This document shows positions 39,735-50,541 of a DNA stretch of 64,000 nucleotides, piece by piece. Every line of letters starts with the position of its first letter. Positions within the stretch are counted from its first letter, which is position 1. The notes below the pieces were generated by a model, which saw only the letters and a program-made list of their open reading frames with translations, searched no databases and was not told where the DNA came from. Made by a program: the position numbers and the translations under genes. The stretch comes from Macrostomum lignano (Eukaryota). Where the stretch lies: contig NIVC01000620.1 of assembly GCA_002269645.1 (NCBI GenBank), forward strand, positions 124,001 through 188,000. Direction: 5' to 3'.

Positions 39735-40490
39735 AGCTTGCCGAAGTTTGCTTGCAGGAACTTTGATTGCCGAACTTTGCTTGCAGGAAATTTGCTTGCG
39801 AAGTTTGCCAGCCAAAGTTTTGCGGAACCTTAAAGAAACCTATTTTCGAGCTCTTGTGTTTCTAATTTTCATTTTCTAAGATTCGTGGAAGTCGCCTATA
39901 GTGTTATGATTTTGTATGAGGATATGGTGGATTATTAATTACATTTTATATACTAAAATATTATTAGTATATGCATTATTATACATTAGCATCACTGCAA
40001 TTATCATACCTGCTCAATCGTGCTGAAATCAGGAACTACAAAGATTTATACTGTTACCGATCCCTATCTACCTATACTAAATCGCTAAGCATTCTATATA
40101 CTATATTCTTAGAATGAAACTCTATAAGCCTAGTTTGAAAGCTTAGTGTCAAGTCAGTTTACGTCGACCCTGATAAGAATCCACTTGCAAAGCAATCAAA
40201 ACAAGCAAGCAAACAAGAAAATAATTCTGCAAGTTAACACCTTGCGATTGTGTGATTGCAAATTTCTAGAAAGCAGACATCAAAATTTCGCAAGCAAAGT
40301 TGGGCAAGCAAAATTCCTGCAAGCAAAGCTCGGCAAGCAAACTTCGGCAGGCAAAGTTCCTGCAAGCAAATTTCCTGCAAGCAAATTTCCTGTAAGCGAA
40401 ATTCCACAAGCAAACTTCGGCAAGCAAAATTTGGCAAGCAAAATTCCTGCAAGCAAAGTTCGGCAAGCAAACTTCCCGCAAGCAAACGTC
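39735..40490. repeat. Inverted clusters of ~10/20-bp GCAAGCAAA repeats (foldback/MITE-like relic)
   Basis: TTTGCTTGC units at 39735-39810 and GCAAGCAAA units at ~40185-40490. Confidence 0.7.
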
Positions 40491-40675
40491 GTACTCCCAT
40501 ATATATAACCCCTAGATTATGGCCGGTTCCGAAATCTCATCCCTAGTTTATCGCTTAATGCCGAAGCACCATTTAACATAGTTAGGAAATTTTAAAATTG
40601 TAAAATTGCAAGGAAAACAAAAAACATAACATACGAGTATTAGTAAGCAAAATGCATAACGCAGATAGTGTTGCG

Positions 40676-41218
40676 TTACCCCTGCTTATCCTGCTGCTGC
40701 TGCTGCTGTCCCGGTTGCTCCTGTCTTGGCTGGCCGTGTTGCTGCTGCGGTTCGGGATTTTTTTTCTTTTTATGCCAACAATTTTTGGCAATATGCCCTA
40801 CCTTTTTACAGACAAAGCATCTTTCTGCAATACAGAAATGATTGTTTGTAATTATTTATGCTATTTATATACATACGTGTATGTAAATATACATTTATAT
40901 TGATACAAACTTACTTTGCACCGAACCCATCCCGCCTCCTCTGCCATCTGCTCCACCACCTCCGCCCCCGCCTCCGCCTCGGCCGCCGCCTCCGCCTCCT
41001 CCTACTCTGTCGCCTCCTCCGCGTCGGCCGCCACCTCCGCCTTGCCCGCCTCCGCCTTGCCCGACTCCGCCTTGCCCGACTCCGCCTTGCTCGACTCCGC
41101 CTCGCCCGCCACCGCCTCGTCCGCCACCGCCTCGCCCGCCACCGCCTCGCCAGCCACCGCCTCGCCCGCCTTCGCCTCGCCCGCCTCCCTGCTCATTAAA
41201 ATAGAGTTTGACGATCAT
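40676..41218 (-). CDS. Two-exon RGG-rich / CCHC zinc-knuckle / Gln-rich protein (~150 aa)
   Basis: Exons 41218-40915 and 40824-40676, separated by a 90-bp GTAAGT...TTGCAG intron (phase 1). The spliced frame reads MIVKLYFNEQGGGRG...(RGGGG)n...GSVQK RCFVCKKVGHIAKNCW HKKKKNPEPQQQ...QQQQQQDKQG*. Confidence 0.82.
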
Positions 41219-42084
41219 CTGAAAGAAGAAAGTTATGCAACTAATATTAGCTGTGTGAGTGTCTGTCTCTAATGTGTCGTCTGTACATAGACTGCACTGA
41301 TCGTATAAAATCTCAATAGGCTAGTCACGAGCATTACTTTGAGTTGGTATTTGACTACTTTATCAACTTTTATAAATTAAATGGAACGAATTCAAAATTA
41401 GATTAAAATGAAAATAGTATTTTTTTAGAAACGGAATAAAAAGGTACTCAAAACGGAGAGTAGCACAGCTTAGCTGCTAATGTAAGTAGAATACACTCTG
41501 ACAGGAGTGACAATATGGCAATTTAATTACGTTAAATTACAAAACTGTTTAGGCAAATTTGTTAACCTTTGTTAAGATTTGTAAAAATCCTAATTATACT
41601 CCGGTTGCGCTAACGCTATTGGAAAATATTAATGTTTTAACGCTCCTCAACTAATAAACCTCATGACTGGGCCTAGTGAAGACTGAAAGAGAGAGAGAGA
41701 GAGAGAGGAGAGGAGAGAGAAGGAAGGAGCCAAAGAGTTTTAGTGGCGAATGGAATTTAAATTTGTTTTGCTTTCATGGATTTAAAGGACAAGGAGCCTG
41801 CCATGTCGGCCATCAGTTAAGCGTAGACTTTAACCTTTGGCATAGGGCTAATACGCATTTGGCCAAAATCATATCCAGAGGGAGGTGATATTTATTTTCC
41901 GATTGGTACTGAACCTTGGACAAAACAGATACAGGCAGTAGATATAAGAGAGAGAAGACTGAGGGGAGAAAGGAAAGAAGTAGAGAGTAGGGGTCACTGC
42001 ATAAACAGTTTTTGTCAAATGGAGCTTTAATTAATTCTTACTGCTTTTATGGATATTATAGATTAAATAGACGTACATATGGTT

Positions 42085-42300
42085 CATAGATAGATACATA
42101 GATGGATAGATGGACAGAAAAAGTGACAAACATACAATCTGAAAGACGGATAAACAGATGAACAGAAAGATAGACAGTTAAACGGATGAACAGACAGAAA
42201 GACAGACAGACAGACAAACCGACAGACAGACAAACAGAGAGACAGAGAGACAAACAGACTGTTGAAGAGATGAACATACGATCAGACAGACTTAGACAAA
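42085..42300. repeat. Degenerate (GACA/GATA)n simple repeat
   Basis: Runs of ACAG/ATAG. Confidence 0.85.
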
Positions 42301-42785
42301 CACTCTGGAAAAACATACAAGTGTGTACACTAAATGTGAAAAATTGTCTAATATAAGAAGATGCTAACTGGTTAAAAAAATAGGGTATTGAACAGAGAGT
42401 GAGAGAAAGACTTTTGCAGAAAAAATGCTAAGCATAACACTAAATAAATGCACAATTTCACTTGCAGTTTGGACAACACAATATAGTTTGACTTCAATTT
42501 ACTATAAAAAGCAAAAAGGACGTATCAATGGAATTTGAACAGTATTAAAGTATCTGATTGTAGGGAAAGTTTTCGGAATTTTTAAACCATTTCAATACAA
42601 CTTTTTTCTTGAATTTTCTAGAACTTTTTCATGAGTATAAATACGGTCTTACTTATTCCCAGTCCGAGTCCCATTCCCAGTCTACCATCAAGACCTCCAG
42701 GGTGTAGGATTGGTAGCTCGTACAAGCGCTACAAGAATGGACAACTGTTTTGTTTTGTTTTGTTTTGAAAGCTAAAAGCTAAACT

Positions 42786-43030
42786 CAAGTGCTGGGTGTC
42801 GCACAAACTGGCAGCCCGTGACCTGGATATCTGGCCATTCTCACTGCTGCTGACGCTGGGTTAGGAGGTTCTTCTCCACCCATATCACAGTCCAGATCTT
42901 GTGCCTACCGACTACCACCTTTTGCCGCGCTCAGCCAGTCCATGGCTGCCCACAGCCTCAAAGATGAGGAGGACTTGGAGAAGCATCTGCGTGACTTATT
43001 CGACTCTCACAACTCCGAGTGGTACCGCTG
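42786..43030 (+). pseudogene. Internally deleted mariner transposase relic
   Basis: KCWVSHKL (WVPHEL motif) is joined after about 16 codons to LG*EVLLHPYHSPDLVPTDYHL (YSPDLAPxD motif), followed by a frameshifted tail ...EEDLEKHLRDLFDS. The catalytic core is missing. Confidence 0.8.
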
Positions 43031-43879
43031 ATGGAAATTACATTGAGTAGTAATAAATTAATAAAAATAATATTAAGTTAGAATGAAGTGACTCGATATT
43101 CCTAAGGACTTTTACTACAATCATCAGATAAGCATCGTTTTTAGAAACAGGTTTTCAACTTTATGTCTCGCTGTAGCGATCGCATGCATGCCAGTCGTTG
43201 AGTACCCGTCGTTGAAAGTTTGACACCAGACCGCCCAGCAGGCGAATAAACAACTGGCACTGCGTACCACCTTGGTTGCTGTCGGTGAACATCTTGCATG
43301 TCAGGTACGCTGCAGTTGTGAATGACTTAGTTGCAACGCCCTGGCTCATGTTACATGTATATGTCAAATTGGATTACAACTTTTATCATTTAAATAAAAA
43401 ACAAATAGAGGGCGTCATACAGTCATGACAATGGTGAATAATACAAATGAAACCTTACCTGATTTGCGGTGCTTCTCGTCTTTCTAAATGTTTCGCAACT
43501 ACACGAATGGAGTACTGATGATATGGATGCGAAAGAAGCATTTTATGTACAAACAATAGAAAGAAGTGGAAAAATAAATTGTCAAAAATCTTGAAATGTT
43601 AACAATTTTGAGCTGTGGAAAAAATTCACAGACGGAACGAGAAGAATAACGAATGCATAAAAATACGCCTTAATGAATGAAATAACGCATACAATAATAT
43701 TATAGAATTATATTCATATACAGTATGTCAGTGAACCTAATCATCCCTTCACCCAATTTCAACCGGACCATATTTCATTCTAGATAGCTCGTATTGCCCC
43801 GTCTTTTCGCAATAAACCCACAGTTGCTTTAGAAGCAGCCAGCATCCGCAATTCCCAAATAATTATTTGGCCAAGAAGC

Positions 43880-44806
43880 CAAGATCCCCTCTAATCACCA
43901 AACGTATTTACGAAGCCAGGATCTCCTCTGATCAGCAGAGTATTTGAAAAGCCAAAATCCCTTCTAATCATCACAGTAATTGAGAAGCCACATTCCCATC
44001 TAATCACCACAGTATTTGAGAGCCCTTATAATCACCCAAAGTATTTGAGACCCCAAGATCCCCTCTAATCACTCAAAGTATTTGAGAGCCCAAGATCCCC
44101 TCTAATCACTCAAAGTATTTGAGAGCCCAAGATCCCTTCTAATCATCCAAAGTATTTACGAAGCCAAGATCTCCTCTGATCACCAGAGTATTTGAAAAGC
44201 CCAATCCTCTCTAATCATCACAGAATTCGAGAGCCCAAAAACCGTCTAATCACCACAGTATTTATGAAGCCAAGATCCCTTCTAATCACCCAAAGTATTC
44301 GAGAGCCCAAAAACCGTCTAAACACCACAGTATTTACGAAGCCCAAGATCCCTTCTAATCACCCAAAGTATTTGAGAGCCCAAGATCCCGTCTAAACAGC
44401 ACAGTATTTGAGAGCCCAAAAACCGTCTAAACACCACAGTATTTGAGAGCCCAAGATCCCGTCTAAACACCACAGTATTTGAGAGCCTAAGATCCCGTCT
44501 AAACACCACAGTATTTGAGAGCCCAAGATCCCGTCTAAACACTACAGTATTTGAGAGCCCAAGATCCCGTCTAAACACCACAGTATTTGAGAGCCTAAGA
44601 TCCCGTCTAAACACCACAGTATTTGAGAGCCCAAGATCCCGTCTAAACACCACAGTATTTGAGAGCCCAAGATCCCGTCTAAACACTACAGTATTTGAGA
44701 GCCCAAGATCCCGTCTAAACACCACAGTATTTGAGAGCCCAAGATCCCATCTAAACACTACAGTATTTGAGAGCCCAAGATCCCGTCTAAACACCAAAGT
44801 ATTTGA
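43880..44806. repeat. 36-bp minisatellite (AGTATTTGAGAGCCCAAGATCCCGTCTAAACACCAC)n
   Basis: Homogeneous from about 44370 to 44806 and degenerate upstream. Confidence 0.95.
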
Positions 44807-46616
44807 GAAACTATCTCCTCTAGTCCCGAAATTACGTAAGAAGCCAATGTAGTAGACGAAATTTAAAATCAATCTAAGACAAAAAATCAAAATACAAAGT
44901 AACAAAACACTTGCTTTTTCAGCACTAATACGATTCTGACAGGTCATTCGCACACTTTGTGCTATAATTTATCAGGTTGCACCTTTAAAATGCACCTTCT
45001 CGTTTCACCTTGTCAGACGTGTTTGCGTGTCAGCCCTGCAGCGTATCATTTAAGGTTTGCTGTTGTAAACCCGTGCCCTTTGCAGTTTAAGGTGTTTATT
45101 TAATTTGAATGTTCCTACACTTAAAATGCACTTTTAAGGCGAAACCGGATATAACGCTAACTATAAAGGTCCTATTCATATGACTTTAATTTGTTACTCT
45201 ACTGGGAAATAATTATCAGTAGATTCTTAATAAATAATTCTGAATGTAACTCCGACCGTTAAATATGTCGATTGAACCAATTTAGTTTACACATGGCTTA
45301 GTAGCGGATGTAGGATTTTTATTCGATAGGGATGAACAGGGCGCCTATTTATAAAGTACAATTTGGTGCCGAACACGTTCTAAAGTGCTTCCAAATCAAG
45401 GAATATTTGGTGGGGGGCTGTCAGGCACTTAAGGGCGCTATGAATCTTACTCAAATCGTGTATTGAGCTATTATTCAGTTTTTCCCACCAAAATTTCTTC
45501 CTAAAAAATCCTGCTAAATGACACTCACATAAACAATTAGAACAACCTTTAAAACTGCATGGCACTCCTCTGACTGGTTTTGTCGTTTCAACAAGCTTCT
45601 TTTTTAATTTATCAGGCATTTTGGTATAAACATTTTAGACTATACTCTCACAACAGAAAAGGAAACTACTAACATACTTATAAACTGTTGTTAAGGACGT
45701 TATAGTCTTTGAATAATTGCAATTATTGAGAGATTATTGAGCAACTACTAGAACTGTGAGTATTTTTATACTTTTCGTAATTAATGTCTTACTAACGAAA
45801 AAATAAGATCTCTTTTGTTTGTATATTTTCTTGCTCAATAATTCTTTATATGCTACATTTTAACTGGCTTAGCTACCACGATAACACCTATGCATACATA
45901 TTTAAGAAGCTTATTCAACAGACACCGAATAGTCACGCAACAGCACGAGACTTATCTAACCAACAGGCATAAGTACCCGCCAGAATTATCTGCGTAACTC
46001 AGGCCGAAAATTTATTAGACTGACACTCAATCACAATTCATATATTATCCTTGTGACCCAACAGCAAACTATTGACAGCACTTTGGCATAACTCGTCAAT
46101 AGTCTACCCTGGCACACGTGTCAGCCCCACGCTTCACAGAGTGAAAGCCTTGCGCGCTGCTTTACTTATCCATTTTATACAATATTTAAAAAATAATTTA
46201 AAAGAAATACCCGTAAATCAAACCTCTTTTTCAAATATTAAAATGAATTTAAATTCATTAAATAAACTATTCAACTTTTTGACTGATAAACTGAGCAAGG
46301 TGGCTAATAACACTGTATGGTTAATTAAAAAGTGATTTAAAACGACTTAAGACGACTTGAAATGCTTCTTTTGCTTTATACTTCCCAATCCCAATCTAAC
46401 GAAATTAAATCTGTCCTATATAGCTATTCAAAACCTAGGAGAAACGGCTATTTAAGAACAAAACACTGTACTACACTTAACACACACAAAAGCAACGCGC
46501 AAGACTCATTAAGACCGCAAACACCGTTTTTTCTCAGAGCCATTGTTTGCTCTATATTATATAGATTCGTGCACATTTGCAGTTAAAAAATGCCAAATGC
46601 TGCTGGCTCATTTCTC

Positions 46617-49298
46617 TCACAAATCTAATAATCGCTTCTGTTCATTTACCTGTGCTACAATACCGCCTGTAGAAAATAGGCGCTGAAATCTAACGAAATC
46701 GCAACAGGTAACAAACAGATCAGACAAAGCACGAACTCTACTCACGGCAGTGTAGTACAGACCTGCTGGCGGCGACTTGCGGCCCTTGCCCAGCTGTACA
46801 AACGCCTTGTCAATCGTTAGGCCTTGCGACTTGTGAATAGTGATTGCCCAGGTTAGCCTCAGCGGAAACTGATGTCTCGACAAGCTGGCGCCTCGCTGAA
46901 GCCACTGGCTTGATACTGGTAGAATTGGCACAACAGAAACTGTCGGTGCACACTCGCTGCTACTACTATTACCATCTTCTCTAGGCAGCCGCGTGGCTTG
47001 CATTGCCGGGCCATTGTAGCGCTCGAATTCAACCCAAACGCAATCGGGCAAATCATTTGGCGGCTTCTTTCCATTTGCATAGCAGATGCCACGAACCGTA
47101 CCAACCGAGCCATTCACCAGGCCATTTTGCACAGATAGATTCCGAGTCAAGATCACACGTGCTCCAATCGCCAGAAATAGTCGCCTGGCTAGGCCTGTCT
47201 CCGATTTCTGCTTGCTACTATTAGCATTGTTGCCAGTCAGCGGTTGCCTTCCAGTACAAGTTGCATTGATTATCCGCACTGGATTGTTGTCATCGACAAT
47301 TTTTCGCAGCTCTTCACAGTTTGCATTAGACACATCTTCATTTGTGTGGTACAATAGCGTGCATTTGCCATCAACATCTAGCGGTAGCATGTCTGCGGCT
47401 GCTACTTGACACTTGTCCATTACAGTCTTCCAAATGGCTTCGGTTACTTTGCCTTCGCGAAGAGACTAGAATGCTGGCAAACACTGGGCCCGTTCTATAA
47501 AGCCATCGTAAGATAAGATCGTTCTTAGCTCTATCTCCGCAGTGTAAAAGTTCCAACGTACGATCGAACTTACGCTACGACAGCTTTATAGTACGACCCC
47601 TGTGTCATTTGCTTGACGCACCTGCTTGTTTAGATAAACAACCTTTTGAAACTCTGATACACTTGATAGCCAATCGGTGTCAAATTATCTTTAGCATTCT
47701 TGTTAAACATATACAGCTGTTTTTCTTAAACGGGAGGCAGCTGAAACACATCGCCAACCAAAATGATTGATCGGCCGCCGAAATATCCTTCAAGCGTGTC
47801 TCGCTTCTCCTCAGGAAACAGTTTGCACAGACGGTTGTGCACCTTTGCCAGTGTCCTTTGGCCAACCATGCTAAACTCGTCAATGATTATGTAGCGCACA
47901 TTTGACCATACCGATTGTATGTCTGACAATGCCTTGCTGCTGCCCGAAGTCGTTGAACCGTCAGCATTAGTAGTACAGGCCGTAGTCGAAAACTTTACGT
48001 TCAACTTTAACGCTGAATGCAGTGTCTCGCCAGCAATGTTGAACGCAGCCACACCAGTCGGTGTCATACTTTGCACTTGCCCTCGCCAATCAATTTTCGT
48101 AGTGCAGCAATCAGAAAACTCTTGCCTGTTCCAGCGCTGCCATACAAAATTACTCGCAGTGGTGAAGGCATCTTTGACGACTCTCCTGCACTGCTAGTAG
48201 TGTTGTCACTATCAGCCAGCCGTTCAAGCTTGCATGCGATTCCCTTTGCTTGCTCTTCGGTTCGCCAACAGCTCCACAGTAGTACCTGCTGCCGATAGTA
48301 TTGTTCGCGCCGTTTATCGTCGCTTTCTGTTGAACGAAAAAACGGACTCACAATTAAAACTGCTTCCTTGCCGGCTAGTCGCTTCTTGTAGACAGCAACT
48401 TGTTCACCACCGCGTCTTTGTTGACGCATCGGGGGAATATAGTCCGAAAAGAGTCGATACATTGTCTCATTCTCCAATTGTGCCGGCCGATTCGCGTAAT
48501 TTTCAATGCTATTCTTGCAAACGCCTCGACTCTCAATCGCTCTAGTCTCGCCAGTTTGAACGTAGACAAACTCTCGCGACGCCTTGTACATCGGTGTCTG
48601 CAATACCAGATGCATAGCCTCTTGTGCTGAATAGTCGCGCGCTCCAACTTGCATCATCAAGTGCTGCTGAACAATGCGACTTGCAGTATTTGTTCGGCTA
48701 TACTTGTCCTGCTGCTGATTATTATCATTTTCTGCTGCATTATCAATGTCCACTGACTCCTGCTGCTGTTCCATAGAAAGATAGCGACGATTCAACTCTT
48801 GCAACTGCTCCGATTCCTTCTCTCCTTTGCTTGCATACTTGATAAAATAGCGAATCAAATCTTTGGCCGAAGAAATCATCTGAATGTCTAGGTTAGCTCT
48901 CCACATGCACAGTACTTGAGGATTGTACATGCCAATAAATTTGTCGTTGCGCTGCGTCTGAACCTTCCAGTTTAAACTCGACAGCCTCTTAGCGACAGTC
49001 GTTGTCTGCAAATCTCGCGGATATTTGTATCGACACTTCATAGAGCCGTTCTTTTCCTTTCGTAGGCACCGATTACTGCAATTTGAGTGCCTTTTGTTGT
49101 TGTGAAGAAGTGCTTGCAAATCAGCTTTATCGTCAATGATTTCGGACGGCTTCAATCGAGCCGGCTGCTCTCCTACTCCGCCAGAGGAAATTTCGCGACC
49201 GCTATCTGATTCGTCCATGCACGTGTTCCAACTGCAAATGTACTTGTCCAGAAAAGCAACCAAATCTTCTGCTTGCAAGGATTCCGAAGGACTCTGCA
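46617..49298 (-). pseudogene. Helitron/Helentron Rep-helicase (HUH Rep C-terminal half + PIF1 SF1B helicase), frameshifted and 5'-truncated
   Basis: Rep part: H-x2-C-x3-C...CRYKYP, RN...YNP...WRANLDIQ, YFIKYASKGE, RDYSAQEA. Helicase motifs: GSAGTGKS, PTGVAA, IIIDEFSM, FGGRSIILVGDVFQLPPV, RQ, GARVILTRN...GLVNG, RHQFPL...AITIHKSQG, YTAVSRV. Breaks near 48070, 47726, 47650 and 47455. Confidence 0.93.
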
Positions 49299-49525
49299 TA
49301 GCTGTCAAAGCTGTCACACGCTTGAGTGAACCCGAAAAATAGGCTCTGACCTCATAAATCTGATGGCCTGTCAAAAATGATGAGAATAAAGCTACTATTC
49401 GCATCCCCTCAGACCATCTGGCGCCAGCCTCAACACTGAGTGAGGCGCAGGTGGCTGTCAGACCAGCTTCGAAAGCGATGATTTATGACCCAAAAAGCTG
49501 CGCCTATGTAATTATTACTACTGGT
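49299..49525. repeat. ~226-bp dispersed repeat, copy 2; supplies the false N-terminus of the 446-aa ORF
   Basis: Matches 36690-36915, where the same MRIVALFSSFLTGHQIYEVR translation occurs. Confidence 0.95.
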
Positions 49526-49730
49526 ATGACCAAACCATATATCTAGTATAGATTCTATGTTACTTCGCAGAAAACGGATAAAAATGCCCCTAGCCTACTG
49601 TTAGTAAGCAAGTAAGTTCATGGCCCATGTGCTAGCACGGGATTTGGAAAAAAGGGCGTCCTCATCATTATATTATTATATTAGAATGCCCGAAGAAACT
49701 TCACCAGCGATTATACCAGAGAGGTAAGCT

Positions 49731-49734
49731 ATCC

Positions 49735-49786
<52 letters not shown>
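49731..49786. repeat. (ATCT)n microsatellite
   Basis: Perfect tetranucleotide run. Confidence 0.97.
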
Positions 49787-49984
49787 GGTTCTGGGGGTAA
49801 GAATCGTGAGATTCTTGGATAAGAATCATGCTCAAAACGATTCTCTTTATTTCAAAGTTGCTGCGATTTTTTATTACCTATGCGATTTTTGCGAGCCAAG
49901 AGTCGGTGGCAACACTGCTCTTTACATATGCAACGAGCTTTGAGGGAAACATCTTTTAGAGACACATTTCGATGACCAGCAGAT

Positions 49985-50146
49985 CAGGCGCGTAGCCAGA
50001 ATTCACGTCAGTGGGGGGGGGGGAACAAAGACAATATACATAAATTCATCTGCAATGTTAGCGATGGAAGCAATGAAAAGGCAATGAAAAAATTGCCCTC
50101 TCCAGGGGGGACATGTCCCCAGTGTCTTCCCTTGGCTACGCCCCTG
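49985..50146. mobile_element. hAT-like MITE (~160 bp)
   Basis: CAGGCGCGTAGCCA / TGGCTACGCCCCTG TIRs. The flanks share AGCAGA (imperfect TSD). Confidence 0.7.
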
Positions 50147-50541
50147 AGCAGAAATATATCAATTATAATATACATACATACAGTCAGACTTAGAGATCCT
50201 GTAATTGTTTTGGAGGCTGATTTCTGTTAAAAATACACTGCAGACAGGAGAATATGTTTTAAGCACAAAATATATTACCCAAAGCATTTGACTCTGGAGG
50301 ATGAAGATTACCATTATTTTAATTTAGCGTGCAAAACATGTTACTCTGCTGTATTTTATATAGTAATAGTTGCGCGTTATTATGTTTCATCTTCCTAGTT
50401 TCATTTTGTACTCTATAAATTTATTTTATTGTAGTGTCACTTTTTTATACTTTATATTCTGCTACTAATACTAATGTCACTAGAGAGTATGTACAACTTT
50501 TGGCGTGTAAAAATCTAATAAATAAATAAATATAGATTATA

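Noticed and set aside
41002-41196. Alternative frame (EAVAG/KAESG)n as the real product of the GC-rich exon
   Set aside because: Only the Gly/Arg frame starts at AG|ATG and splices in phase to the zinc-knuckle exon.
43161-43540. Minus-strand exon pair with a PAN/apple-like Cys pattern
   Set aside because: A donor (GTAAGG) and an acceptor exist, but no start or complete Cys spacing could be established.
45380-45619. ORF with CSFKGCSNC (zinc-finger-like) and internal donors
   Set aside because: Too short, and the downstream exons needed to complete a finger could not be identified.
49299-49404. MRIVALFSS... as the true N-terminus of the Rep-helicase
   Set aside because: It derives from the dispersed 226-bp repeat; the identical translation at 36795 leads into non-coding sequence.
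36690-49525. The two 226-bp direct repeats as LTRs of a 12.8-kb retroelement
   Set aside because: No TG...CA ends, TSD, PBS/PPT or gag-pol, and one copy interrupts the Rep ORF.
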